The notes beneath the pieces are model-generated. The model was given only the letters and a program-made list of their open reading frames with translations, was not told the DNA's origin and did no database searches. The position numbers and the translations under genes were made by a program. Positions 10,148-19,456 of a stretch of 64,000 bases of DNA are shown here, in pieces. The stretch covers positions 1,664,001 to 1,728,000 of the forward strand of contig OY970303.1 of the NCBI GenBank assembly GCA_963716255.1. The letters are read 5' to 3'. How positions within the stretch are numbered: position 1 is the first letter of the stretch; each line of letters starts with the position of its first letter. This DNA comes from an uncultured Gemmatimonadales bacterium. GTDB lineage: Bacteria; Gemmatimonadota; Gemmatimonadetes; Longimicrobiales; Longimicrobiaceae.

Positions 10148-11419
10148 GTGCCGCCTCCGCCGCAGTTCGGCTACCGCTGGACCATCTGCGCGCTGCTCTT
10201 CTTCGCGACCACGATCAACTACGTCGACCGCCAGGTGCTCGGCATCCTGGCGCCGACGCTGACGCGCGAGCTGGGGTGGTCGGAGACGGCGTACGGCGAC
10301 ATCGTCTCGTGGTTCAGCTTCGCCTACGCGATCGGCTTCCTGGGGATGGGCCGCATCCTGGACCGCTACGGGGTGCGGCGGGGATTCGCCGGCGCCATCG
10401 TGGCCTGGAGCCTGGCGGCCATGTCGCACGCCCTGGCGACCACCACGGCCGGCTTCTCGTACGCGCGCCTGGCGCTGGGGCTGGGCGAGTCGGGGAACTT
10501 CCCGGGCGCGATCAAGGCCACGGCGGAGTGGTTCCCCAGGAAGGAGCGCGCCTTCGCCACCGGGATCTTCAACGCGGGAAGCAACATCGGCGCGATCGTC
10601 ACCCCGCTCACGGTGCCGTGGATCGCGCTCCACTACGGGTGGCGCGAGGCCTTCGTGGCCACCGGCGCGCTGGGGTTCGTGTGGCTGGTCTTCTGGCTCC
10701 TGATCTACCGCGAGCCGGAAAAGCACCCGCGGGTGTCGGCGGCGGAGCTTGCGTACATCCGCAGCGACCCGCAGGAGCGCAGCGAGCCGGTGAGGTGGCT
10801 GAGCCTGCTGTCGCACCGCCAGACGTGGGCGTTCGTGCTGGGCAAGTTCCTCACCGACCCCATCTGGTGGTTCTATCTGTACTGGCTCCCCAAGTTCCTG
10901 GACGCGCGCTTCGGGGTGGAGCTGGCGGCGGTGGCGCTCCCGCTCATCGTCATCTACCTGGTGGCCGACGTGGGCTCGGTGTTCGGCGGGTGGCTGTCCA
11001 GCGCGCTGATCAAGCGCGGCTGGAGCGTGAACGCGGGGCGCAAGACGGCCATGCTGATCGCGGCGCTGCTCATCGTCCCCACCATGTTCGCGCCCGCGGC
11101 GGGGAGCCTGTGGACGGCGGTGGCCATCGTCAGCGTGGCGGCGGCGGCGCACCAGTGGTGGTCGGCGAACATCTTCACCACCGCCAGCGACATGTTCCCG
11201 CGCCGCGCGGTCGCCAGCGTGGTGGGGCTGGGCGGCTTCGCCGGCGCAATGGGCGGCGTGCTCTTCCAGCGCGCCACGGGGCGCATCCTGGAGGCCACCG
11301 GCAACAACTACGCGGTCATCTTCACCGTCTGCGGGCTGGCGTACGTCACCGCGCTGCTGGTGATGCACCTGCTGGCTCCCAGGCTGGAGCCGGCGAAGCT
11401 GGACGCCGCCGCGGCCTGA
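10148..11419 (+). CDS. exuT: Hexuronate MFS transporter (5' end uncertain, possible frameshift near 10084-10089)
   Basis: [57 protein letters not shown]. Confidence 0.88.
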   Translation: MPPPPQFGYRWTICALLFFATTINYVDRQVLGILAPTLTRELGWSETAYGDIVSWFSFAYAIGFLGMGRILDRYGVRRGFAGAIVAWSLAAMSHALATTTAGFSYARLALGLGESGNFPGAIKATAEWFPRKERAFATGIFNAGSNIGAIVTPLTVPWIALHYGWREAFVATGALGFVWLVFWLLIYREPEKHPRVSAAELAYIRSDPQERSEPVRWLSLLSHRQTWAFVLGKFLTDPIWWFYLYWLPKFLDARFGVELAAVALPLIVIYLVADVGSVFGGWLSSALIKRGWSVNAGRKTAMLIAALLIVPTMFAPAAGSLWTAVAIVSVAAAAHQWWSANIFTTASDMFPRRAVASVVGLGGFAGAMGGVLFQRATGRILEATGNNYAVIFTVCGLAYVTALLVMHLLAPRLEPAKLDAAAA

Positions 11420-11604
11420 CCGATGCGGCCCCCGCTCCCGGACCGTCCCGCCCGCTCTGCTCCCCAATTTGGCCGGGGAGCGAACAAATCGCGCGCTCCC
11501 GCCCCGCGCGTGGCCGTGCGGCCGCGGACCCCCTCCCCGGGGCCCGCGGCCGCTGCGTCTCACCCCTCTCGTCGCAGTGCTTCACCTATCCCAGGAGAGC
11601 CAAG

Positions 11605-14600
11605 ATGAGCCTGACGCGTACGCTCGCCCTCGCCGCCGCGCTGCTCTGCTCCGTGCAGGCGGCGCTCGCCCAGGGCGGAACGGGAAGCATCACGGGCACG
11701 GTGTTCCAGGGCCAGACCGCCACCCCGGTGGCGGACGCCGCGGTGTCGGTGGACGGCTCCTCGCGGGGCGCGGTGACCGGGGCGGACGGCCGCTTCGCCC
11801 TGGCCGGGGTGAGCGCCGGGCGCCACACGGTGCGGGCGAGCAAGCCCGGCTACGGCACGGTGGAGCAGGCGGTGACGGTGGCCGCGGGGGAGGCCGCCGG
11901 GGTGACGCTGCGGCTGGAGGCGGCGGCGGTGCAGCTGCAGGGGCTGGTGGCGGTGGGGTACGGGAGCCAGCGGCGGCGCGACGTGACCGGCGCCGTGGCG
12001 TCGGTGAGCGCGGAAGCGCTGGAAAGGACGCCGGTGTCCTCGCTCGACCAGCTGCTGCAGGGGACGGCGGCGGGCGTCAGCGTGACGCAGGCCTCCAGCG
12101 CCCCGGGCGGCGGCATCTCCATCCGCGTGCGCGGCGCCAGCTCCATCAGCGGCAACAGCGAGCCGCTGTACGTCGTGGACGGCTTCCCCATCGAGAACGA
12201 CCCGGACGCCGCCTCCCCGGGGAACGGCGGGCGGGCGACGGCGTCCGTCCCCTCCAACCCGCTGGCGTCGCTGAACCCGCAGGACATCGAGTCGCTGCAG
12301 GTGCTCAAGGACGCCTCGGCGACGGCGATCTACGGGGCGCGCGGGGCCAACGGCGTGGTCATCATCACCACCAGGAAGGGGCGCGCGGGGCGGCCGCAGG
12401 TGGCCTTCGACGCGTACACGGGGGTGCAGGACGTGGCCCACCGCTACGACCTGCTGGGCGCCGACGAGCTGGCCGTCGCCATGAACGAGGCGGCGGTCGA
12501 CGCGGGCGGCTCGCCCATCTTCGCGCAGCGCTTCATCGACTCGGTGGGAGGGGGGACCGACTGGCAGGACCAGATCTTCCGCAGCGCGCCGGTGAGGAGC
12601 TTCCAGGGCTCGGTCTCCGGCGGGAGCGCGGGCGACAACTACACTCGCTACGCCGTCTCGGGCGGCTGGTTCGACCAGCAGGGCGTGGTGATGGGCTCGG
12701 CCTTCGAGCGGCTGTCCGTCCGCGCCAACCTGGAGCAGGGGATCGGGGAGCGCTTCCGCTTCGGGAGCAACCTGTCGGGGAGCCGGGTCAACACCAGCTT
12801 CATCCCCACCGACGGCGAAAGCAACCGGCGCGCAGGCGCCGTGGGCGCGGCCATCCAGTCGTACCCCTTCCTCCCGCCGCGGCTGGCGGACGGGCGCTAC
12901 CCGTACCAGGGGCGCGACCTGGCCACGCTGGGGCTCCCCAACCCCGGCGCGGCGGAGCTGGTGAACCCGGTGTCGCTGGTGGAGGAGGTGAGCGACGAGC
13001 TGGGCGACACCCGGCTGCTGGGGAACGCCTTCGGCGAGATGGAGGTGCTGCGCGGGCTGCGCGCGCGCGTCTCGCTGGGCGCGGACTACTCCAGCCGCTT
13101 CCGCGACACCTACTACCCGCGCACCACCCGGCGCGGCGAGGAGGCCGGCGGCGAGGCGATCCGCGGCCGCGCCGAGATCACCTCGTTCCTCAACGAGAAC
13201 ACCCTCAACTACCAGGGCGGCTTCGGCGACGCGCACCAGCTGGACCTGCTGGCCGGCTACACCCGGCAGAGCAACGAGACGGTGCGCAGCAACGTGTCCG
13301 GCACCGACTTCGTCACCGACGCCACCGGCTTCGACGACATCTCCGCGGCGCGCGTGCGCGGCACCCCCACCTCCGACCGCCAGCGCTGGACGCTGGAGTC
13401 GTGGCTGGGGCGCGCCAACTACACGCTGCTGGACCGCTACCTGTTCACCGCCACCGGGCGCATGGACGGGTCCTCGCGCTTCGGCAAGGGAAGCAAGTGG
13501 GGCTTCTTCCCCTCGGCGGCGCTGGGGTGGCGCGTCTCGGACGAGCCCTTCCTCCGCGACGCCATCGCCCTGGACGAGCTGAAGCTGCGCGCCTCGTACG
13601 GCCTGGCCGGCAACCCCGGCATCCGCCCGTACCAGTCGCTGGCGCGCCTGGTGGGGACGCCGTACAGCTTCGGCGGGCAGGCCGTCACCGGCTACTACCC
13701 CATCGGCGTCGCCAACGACGAGCTGACCTGGGAGACCACCCGCCAGCTGGACCTGGGCGTGGACCTGGGCGTCTTCGACCGCGCCACGCTCACGTTCGAC
13801 TGGTACGACAAGCGCACCGAGGACCTGCTGCTCACGGTGGACCTGCCCTCCGAATCGGGGTTCGCGCGGGCGCTGGTGAACGCCGGCTCGGTCAGGAACC
13901 GCGGCGTGGAGCTGGCACTCTCCGTGGACGTGCTGCGCGGCGGGGCGGACGGGCCGCGGCCGCGCTGGAGCACCGGCTTCACCTTCGCCCGCAACCGCAA
14001 CGAGGTGCTGGACCTGGGCGGCGACGACGTGGAGATCCGCGCTTCCACCATCAGCGACGACTTCAAGCTGGGCGGCACCGTGGTGCGGAAGGGCGAGCCC
14101 ATCGGCGTGTTCGTGGGCTACCGCACGGCGGGGATCGTCCGCGACTCGGCCCAGGCGGCCTCCCTCTCCGCGATCGTCAACCGGGTGACCAACGCCCCCT
14201 GGCGCCCGGGCGACGTGCTCTTCGTGGACGCCAACGGCGACAACATCATCGACGCCGCCGACCGCGGCGTCATCGGCAACCCGCACCCCGACTTCACACT
14301 GGGGTGGCAGAACACGGTGGGGTGGCGCGGCTGGGAGCTGTCCGGGCTGCTGCAGGGCACCTACGGCAACGACATCCTCAACCTCAACCTGTGGCGCCTC
14401 ACCGGCGGCGACCTGGCGACCAACGTGCTCCGCGAGCGCTTCGAGGACCGCTGGACGCCCGAGACCCCGGACGCGTCGTTCCCGCGCTTCGGCGTCAACA
14501 CCGTGGGCGCCGGCACCACCGACTACAACGACCAGATCATCGAGGACGGCTCGTACCTCCGCCTGAAGACGCTGTCGCTGGCGTACGAGATCCCCTCCGG

Positions 14601-14793
14601 GTGGATCCGGGGCCGCGGCTTCAGCCGGGCGCGCCTGTACGTGACGGGCACCAACCTCCTCACCTGGACCGACTACCGGGGCTTCGACCCGGAGGTGAGC
14701 AGCTTCGGCGTCGGCAACCTGAACCGGGGGATCGACATCGGCGCCTACCCGGCGTCGCGGTCGGTGATCCTGGGCGTCAACTTCGCCTACTGA
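11605..14793 (+). CDS. SusC/RagA-type TonB-dependent transporter 1
   Basis: Signal peptide, N-terminal carboxypeptidase-like domain, PLYVVDG, LKDASATAIYGARGANGVVIITT, DGSSRFG, LTWETT, C-terminal aromatic residue. Confidence 0.95.
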   Translation: MSLTRTLALAAALLCSVQAALAQGGTGSITGTVFQGQTATPVADAAVSVDGSSRGAVTGADGRFALAGVSAGRHTVRASKPGYGTVEQAVTVAAGEAAGVTLRLEAAAVQLQGLVAVGYGSQRRRDVTGAVASVSAEALERTPVSSLDQLLQGTAAGVSVTQASSAPGGGISIRVRGASSISGNSEPLYVVDGFPIENDPDAASPGNGGRATASVPSNPLASLNPQDIESLQVLKDASATAIYGARGANGVVIITTRKGRAGRPQVAFDAYTGVQDVAHRYDLLGADELAVAMNEAAVDAGGSPIFAQRFIDSVGGGTDWQDQIFRSAPVRSFQGSVSGGSAGDNYTRYAVSGGWFDQQGVVMGSAFERLSVRANLEQGIGERFRFGSNLSGSRVNTSFIPTDGESNRRAGAVGAAIQSYPFLPPRLADGRYPYQGRDLATLGLPNPGAAELVNPVSLVEEVSDELGDTRLLGNAFGEMEVLRGLRARVSLGADYSSRFRDTYYPRTTRRGEEAGGEAIRGRAEITSFLNENTLNYQGGFGDAHQLDLLAGYTRQSNETVRSNVSGTDFVTDATGFDDISAARVRGTPTSDRQRWTLESWLGRANYTLLDRYLFTATGRMDGSSRFGKGSKWGFFPSAALGWRVSDEPFLRDAIALDELKLRASYGLAGNPGIRPYQSLARLVGTPYSFGGQAVTGYYPIGVANDELTWETTRQLDLGVDLGVFDRATLTFDWYDKRTEDLLLTVDLPSESGFARALVNAGSVRNRGVELALSVDVLRGGADGPRPRWSTGFTFARNRNEVLDLGGDDVEIRASTISDDFKLGGTVVRKGEPIGVFVGYRTAGIVRDSAQAASLSAIVNRVTNAPWRPGDVLFVDANGDNIIDAADRGVIGNPHPDFTLGWQNTVGWRGWELSGLLQGTYGNDILNLNLWRLTGGDLATNVLRERFEDRWTPETPDASFPRFGVNTVGAGTTDYNDQIIEDGSYLRLKTLSLAYEIPSGWIRGRGFSRARLYVTGTNLLTWTDYRGFDPEVSSFGVGNLNRGIDIGAYPASRSVILGVNFAY

Positions 14794-14809
14794 GCCGGGA
14801 GCGACGACC

Positions 14810-16432
14810 ATGGACAAGCGCATTCTCGCACTCGCGGTGCTGGGCTCGCTGGCGTCGGTCACGGCGTGCGGCGACGACTACCTCACCGAGGTCCCCTACT
14901 CCTTCGTGTCGCCGGCCAACCTGTTCACCACCACGGACGGGGCGCTGGCGGCGCTCTCCGGCGCCTACGCGGCGTTCCAGGCGGACGTGGAGGAGCTGGG
15001 GATCGACGACACCGAGTACTACGGCCGCCACTACTGGATGCTGGTGGAGTACCCCACCGAGGTGATGACCGTCCGCCTGGGCGCCACCAACGAGCGCACC
15101 CTGCCGGACATCTTCCGGGTGGACCCCGCGCACAACTACATCATCGGCGTGTGGCAGTCCGCCTACCACGCCGTGAACCGCGCCAACTCGGTGATCGACA
15201 ACGTGCCGGGGGTGCCGGGGATGGACCCGGCGCTCCGCGACCGGGTGGTGGCCGAGGCGAAGTTCCTGCGCGCCTACCACTACTTCAACCTGGTGCGCCT
15301 CTTCGGCGACGTCCCCCTGTTCCTGAGCGAGACCCGGTCGCTGGCCGACGTGCGCAGGCCGCGCTCGCCGCAGGCGGAGGTGTACCGCGCCATCGTCGCC
15401 GACCTGGAGGCCGCCATCCCCGCGCTCCCCGCGCGCTACACCGGGCGCGACGTGGGCCGCGCCACCGCCGGGGCCGCGCGGGCGCTGCTCGCCAAGGTGC
15501 AGCTCCAGTACGGCGCCGTGGGCGGCGGGGGCGCCGCCGCCTTCCAGCAGGCGGAGCGCCGCGCGCGCGAGGTGGTGGCGGCCGGGACGTACAGCCTGCT
15601 CGCCAGTTATGCCTCGGTGTTCGACCAGAACAACGAGAACAACGCCGAGGTGATCTTCGACATCCAGAACACCCGCACGCCCGGCGGCGGCGGCTTCCTG
15701 TGCGACCAGTTCGCGCCGCGCCCGCTGGAGAACCAGGCCAACTTCCCCTGGTGCGACAGCCAGAACCCCTCCTTCGGGGTGGAGTGGCCCTTCTACTACA
15801 GCTACGACCCGGCGGACACGCGCAGGGCGGCCACCTGGCTGCTGGGCTACACCAAGCGCAACGGGGTGGCGGTGACGTGGGACTCCACGGCCACGGCGGT
15901 GAACAACTACGGCCACTTCTCGCCGGTGCCGCAGAAGTACATCGACAAGGTGCCGGGGGCGCAGGACGGCGCCGAGGAGCCCAACTTCATCCTCCTCCGC
16001 TACGCCGACGTGCTCCTGTCGCTCGCCGAAGCCATCAACGAGAACGCCGGCCCCACGGCGGAAGCGTACGCGCTGGTCAACCAGGTGCGGGCGCGGGCCC
16101 GGGTGCCGGCGCTCCCCGCCGGGCTGTCCAGGCAGGCGTTCAAGGACGCGCTGTTCCTGGAGCGGCGCTTCGAGCTCGCCATGGAAGGGCACGGGCACTT
16201 CGACTCGCAGCGCAACTGGGCGTGGGCAAAGGCGCGCATCGAGCAGTACTCCAGCAACGCGGCGCGGACGACGTGGAACCGGCCGCGGCCGGCGGGCTGC
16301 GGCAACTGCATCGCGCGGGACAGCAGCGTGCCCAAGGTGACGCTGTCGCTGACCGACCGGGACCGGTTCTACCCGATCCCGCAGGCGGCGATCGACTCCA
16401 ATCCCCTGTTGACGCAGAACCCGGGGTATTGA
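14810..16432 (+). CDS. SusD/RagB lipoprotein 1
   Basis: Lipobox VTAC, EAKFLRAYHYFNLVRLFGDVPL, RYADVLL, ERRFEL, QNPGY. Confidence 0.95.
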   Translation: MDKRILALAVLGSLASVTACGDDYLTEVPYSFVSPANLFTTTDGALAALSGAYAAFQADVEELGIDDTEYYGRHYWMLVEYPTEVMTVRLGATNERTLPDIFRVDPAHNYIIGVWQSAYHAVNRANSVIDNVPGVPGMDPALRDRVVAEAKFLRAYHYFNLVRLFGDVPLFLSETRSLADVRRPRSPQAEVYRAIVADLEAAIPALPARYTGRDVGRATAGAARALLAKVQLQYGAVGGGGAAAFQQAERRAREVVAAGTYSLLASYASVFDQNNENNAEVIFDIQNTRTPGGGGFLCDQFAPRPLENQANFPWCDSQNPSFGVEWPFYYSYDPADTRRAATWLLGYTKRNGVAVTWDSTATAVNNYGHFSPVPQKYIDKVPGAQDGAEEPNFILLRYADVLLSLAEAINENAGPTAEAYALVNQVRARARVPALPAGLSRQAFKDALFLERRFELAMEGHGHFDSQRNWAWAKARIEQYSSNAARTTWNRPRPAGCGNCIARDSSVPKVTLSLTDRDRFYPIPQAAIDSNPLLTQNPGY

Positions 16433-16459
16433 GTGGTGCCTGCTTTTAAAGATGGGTTT

Positions 16460-16592
16460 GGGCGTGCCCCCGGCGGGCGCCGGGGTCGGGCTGCGCGCGG
16501 AGTAACGCACGAAACAACCGTGCGTAACTCCGCCGAGCCCCGCGGAAACAGCCCCGCGGGTCTCGGCCCTGCCGGGCGCGCATCCCTCACGC
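16460..16592 (+). repeat. Structured ~130-nt element A, copy 1
   Basis: GGGCGTGCCCC...ATCCCTCACGC ends; multi-hairpin; central stem inverted (GCGGAGT/ACTCCGC) relative to other copies. Confidence 0.9.
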
Positions 16593-16615
16593 GGGGTTTG
16601 GAGCTGGCGTCGGCG

Positions 16616-16803
16616 GGGCCCCCACCCGGCGGCCTTAGAGCCGCCACCCTCCCCCAATTCTGGGGGAGGGCTTCCTGTACCTCACCATCCGCCGTGTCGT
16701 TCTCCCCCTCCCCCCTTGCGGGGGAGGGAGTCGGGGGAGGGGGGTTGCCGTTGCCGTTCTCCCCCTCTCCCCTCGTGGGAGAGGGGGCCGGGGGGTGAGG
16801 GGG
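16616..16803. repeat. Cluster of REP-like hairpins (element B family)
   Basis: CCCACCCGGCGGCC..GCCGCCACCCTCCCCCAATTCTGGGGGAGGG and two CTCCCCCTC(T)CCCC..GGGAGAGGGGGCCGGGGGGTGAGGGG-type units; related units recur across the window. Confidence 0.85.
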
Positions 16804-18423
16804 GCCACCCTCCTCGCCGCGCTGCTCCTCGCCTCCTGCGCGCCCGTCGCCATATCCCCCGCGCCATCATCCGCCGACACCGCACCGGCGTGGAGCCCGC
16901 ACCTGGGGGGCGGGCGGTACCGCAACCCCGTCGTGTTCGCGGACTACTCCGACCCGGACGTGGTGCGCGTGGGCGACGACTTCTACATGACGGCGTCCAG
17001 CTTCGGGTCCTTCCCCGCCCTCCCCATCCTGCACTCGCGGGACCTGGTGAGCTGGACGCTGGTGAACCACGCCATCCCGCGCTTCCCGGATCCCGCGTTC
17101 GACGCGCCGCAGCACGGCAACGGGGTGTGGGCGCCGTCCATCCGTTTCCACGACGGGTGGTTCTGGATCTTCTACGGCGACCCGGACCGCGGCATCTACA
17201 GGGTGAGGACGCGCGACGTGCGCGGCGCGTGGGAGCCGCCGGTGCTGGTCAAGGCGGCGAAGGGGTGGATCGACCCGGCGCCGCTCTGGGACGACGACGG
17301 CAGCGCGTACCTGGTGCACGCCTTCGCGCGCAGCCGCTCCGGGATCAAGCACGTGCTGCACGTCGCCCGCATGAGCCCGGACGGCACGGGCCTGCTGGAC
17401 GAGGGGCGGCTGGTGTTCGGCGACTCCGTGCGGCACCCCACCATGGAGGGGCCAAAGCTGTACAAGCGCGGCGGCTGGTACTACGTGTTCGCGCCGGCCG
17501 GCGGCGTCCCCACCGGCTGGCAGACGGTGCTGCGCTCCCGCAGCATCTACGGGCCGTACGAGGACCGCATCGTCCTGGCGCAGGGGAGCACCCCCGTGAA
17601 CGGGCCGCACCAGGGCGGCTGGGTGGACACGCCCACGGGCGAGGACTGGTTCCTCCACTTCCAGGACCGCGGCGCCTACGGGCGCATCGTCCACCTGCAG
17701 CCCATGGCGTGGAAGGACGGCTGGCCGGTGATGGGCGCCGACGCGGACGGCGACGGCACGGGCGAGCCCGTCCCGGAGTTCCGCGTGCCGGACGTGGGCC
17801 GCGCGTATCCGCCCGCGGTCCCGCAGACCACCGACGAGTTCGGCGAGCCCGGCATGGGGCTCCAGTGGCAGTGGAACGCCAACCCGCGCCCCGAGTGGTA
17901 CTCGCTGGCGGCGCGCGCCGGCTGGCTGCGCATGCCCTCACAGGCGCTCCCCGACACCTCGGAGAACCTGTGGCCCGTCCCCGGCCTCCTCCTGCAGAAG
18001 CTCCCCGCGCCCCGCTTCACGGCCACCACGCGCGTGGACTTCCGCCCCGCGGCGGAGGGCGAGCGGGCCGGCCTGGTGCTGCTGGGGCTGGACTACGCGT
18101 ACCTGGCGCTGCGCCGCACCGCGGACGGCGTGGAGCTGGTGCAGGCCCGCGCAGCGGACGCGCACCAGGCCAGCGCCGAGACCTCCGTGCGGCTCCCCGC
18201 CCCCACCGGCCCGCTCTTCCTGCGCGTCGCCGTGGGCGACAGCTCGGTCGCGCGCTGGTCGTTCAGCCGCGACGGCGTGCGCTTCCAGCCGGTCGGCGAG
18301 CCCTTCCGGGCGCGCGAGGGCCGCTGGGTGGGCGCGCGCGTGGGGCTGTTCGCCGTCCGCCCGCGCGCCGCCGCCCCCGGCGGCCACGCCGACTTCGACT
18401 TCTTCCGGGTGGGAGCGCCGTGA
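16795..18423 (+). CDS. GH43 beta-xylosidase/arabinofuranosidase-type lipoprotein
   Basis: Lipobox LASC; SDPDVVRVGDDFYM, WAPSI, IDP, EGPKLYK, HQGG; C-terminal beta-sandwich. Confidence 0.9.
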   Translation: MRGATLLAALLLASCAPVAISPAPSSADTAPAWSPHLGGGRYRNPVVFADYSDPDVVRVGDDFYMTASSFGSFPALPILHSRDLVSWTLVNHAIPRFPDPAFDAPQHGNGVWAPSIRFHDGWFWIFYGDPDRGIYRVRTRDVRGAWEPPVLVKAAKGWIDPAPLWDDDGSAYLVHAFARSRSGIKHVLHVARMSPDGTGLLDEGRLVFGDSVRHPTMEGPKLYKRGGWYYVFAPAGGVPTGWQTVLRSRSIYGPYEDRIVLAQGSTPVNGPHQGGWVDTPTGEDWFLHFQDRGAYGRIVHLQPMAWKDGWPVMGADADGDGTGEPVPEFRVPDVGRAYPPAVPQTTDEFGEPGMGLQWQWNANPRPEWYSLAARAGWLRMPSQALPDTSENLWPVPGLLLQKLPAPRFTATTRVDFRPAAEGERAGLVLLGLDYAYLALRRTADGVELVQARAADAHQASAETSVRLPAPTGPLFLRVAVGDSSVARWSFSRDGVRFQPVGEPFRAREGRWVGARVGLFAVRPRAAAPGGHADFDFFRVGAP

Positions 18424-18429
18424 CGGCGC

Positions 18430-18623
18430 CCCCCTCACCCGGCTCGCTTGAGGCTCGCCACCCTCTCCCAAATTCTGGGCGAGGGGGCCTGCCGCGTGAG
18501 GGATTTCGGCCCGAAGGGGCGAGACCCGGCGGCAGTTTGCCGGGGCTCGACTCCGTTGAGCAGCGTTGTTTGCTGCTCTACGGAGCCGAAGCCCGACCCC
18601 CGCGCCCCGCGGGGGGCACGCCC
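18430..18623 (-). repeat. Element B hairpin + element A copy 2 (18494-18623, reverse)
   Basis: Reverse complement of element A; inner stem GAGCAGC-AAACAAC-GCTGCTC. Confidence 0.9.
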
Positions 18624-18682
18624 GAACCCGTAGCTCGAAGCCGTTCACCCGGTCGAGCAAGACTTCTTCAACGATCAAAAGC

Positions 18683-19456
18683 ATGCGACACCTGCGCGTC
18701 CTCCTCCCGCTCCTCCTGCTGCTCGCGGCCTTCGCCCTGCCCGAGCGGCCGACGACCCTGTACCTGGCCGGCGACTCCACGCTGGCGCACAAGCTGGTCA
18801 CGCGCCGCCCGGAGACCGGCTGGGGCGAAGCACTGCAGCAGTACTTCGACGTGGACCAGGTGCGCGTGGAGAACCACGCCCGCAACGGCCGCAGCACGCG
18901 CACCTTCATCGAGGAGGGACGCTGGCAGGCGCTGGTGGAGGCGCTGAAGCCGGGCGACTACGTGTTCATCCAGTTCGGCCACAACGACGAGTCCGTGGAA
19001 AAGGCCGACCGATACACCCCGCCCGCCGACTTCCGCCGCAACCTGGCGCGCTTCGTCGACGAGGCCCGCGGGAAGGGGGCGAACCCGGTGCTGCTCACCC
19101 CCGTGCGCCGCCGCAGGTTCGACCCGGCCGGCACGCTGGTGGACACCCACGGCGAGTACCCGGCGCTGGTGCGCGCCGTGGCCAGGGAGCAGCGCGTGCC
19201 GCTGATCGACATGCACGCCCGGAGCGCGCAGGCCCTTGCCGCCCGCGGCGTGGAGGGATCGCGCGCGCTCTTCCTCCAACTCAAAGCCGGCGAGAACGCC
19301 AACTACCCGCGGGGGATCGAGGACAACACCCACTTCTCGCCGCTGGGGGCGGAGGTGATGGCCGCGCTGGCGGCGGAGGGGATCCGCGAAGCCGGGCTGG
19401 GGATCGCCGGCTTCCTCAAGACGCAGGCGCCCGCCGCCGCGCCGGGGCAGCCGTGA
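18683..19456 (+). CDS. CE12 rhamnogalacturonan/pectin acetylesterase (SGNH/GDSL)
   Basis: Signal peptide; LAGDST, GWG, NHARNGRSTRTF, QFGHND, DNTHF. Confidence 0.92.
   Translation: MRHLRVLLPLLLLLAAFALPERPTTLYLAGDSTLAHKLVTRRPETGWGEALQQYFDVDQVRVENHARNGRSTRTFIEEGRWQALVEALKPGDYVFIQFGHNDESVEKADRYTPPADFRRNLARFVDEARGKGANPVLLTPVRRRRFDPAGTLVDTHGEYPALVRAVAREQRVPLIDMHARSAQALAARGVEGSRALFLQLKAGENANYPRGIEDNTHFSPLGAEVMAALAAEGIREAGLGIAGFLKTQAPAAAPGQP

Noticed and set aside
18448..18633. Short ORFs such as MRDFGPKGRD... and RSRSPTPAP... recurring in the ORF track
   Set aside because: These are translations of repeat A, which also falsely extend the N-termini of CE12, dapF, hisC and gvpK.
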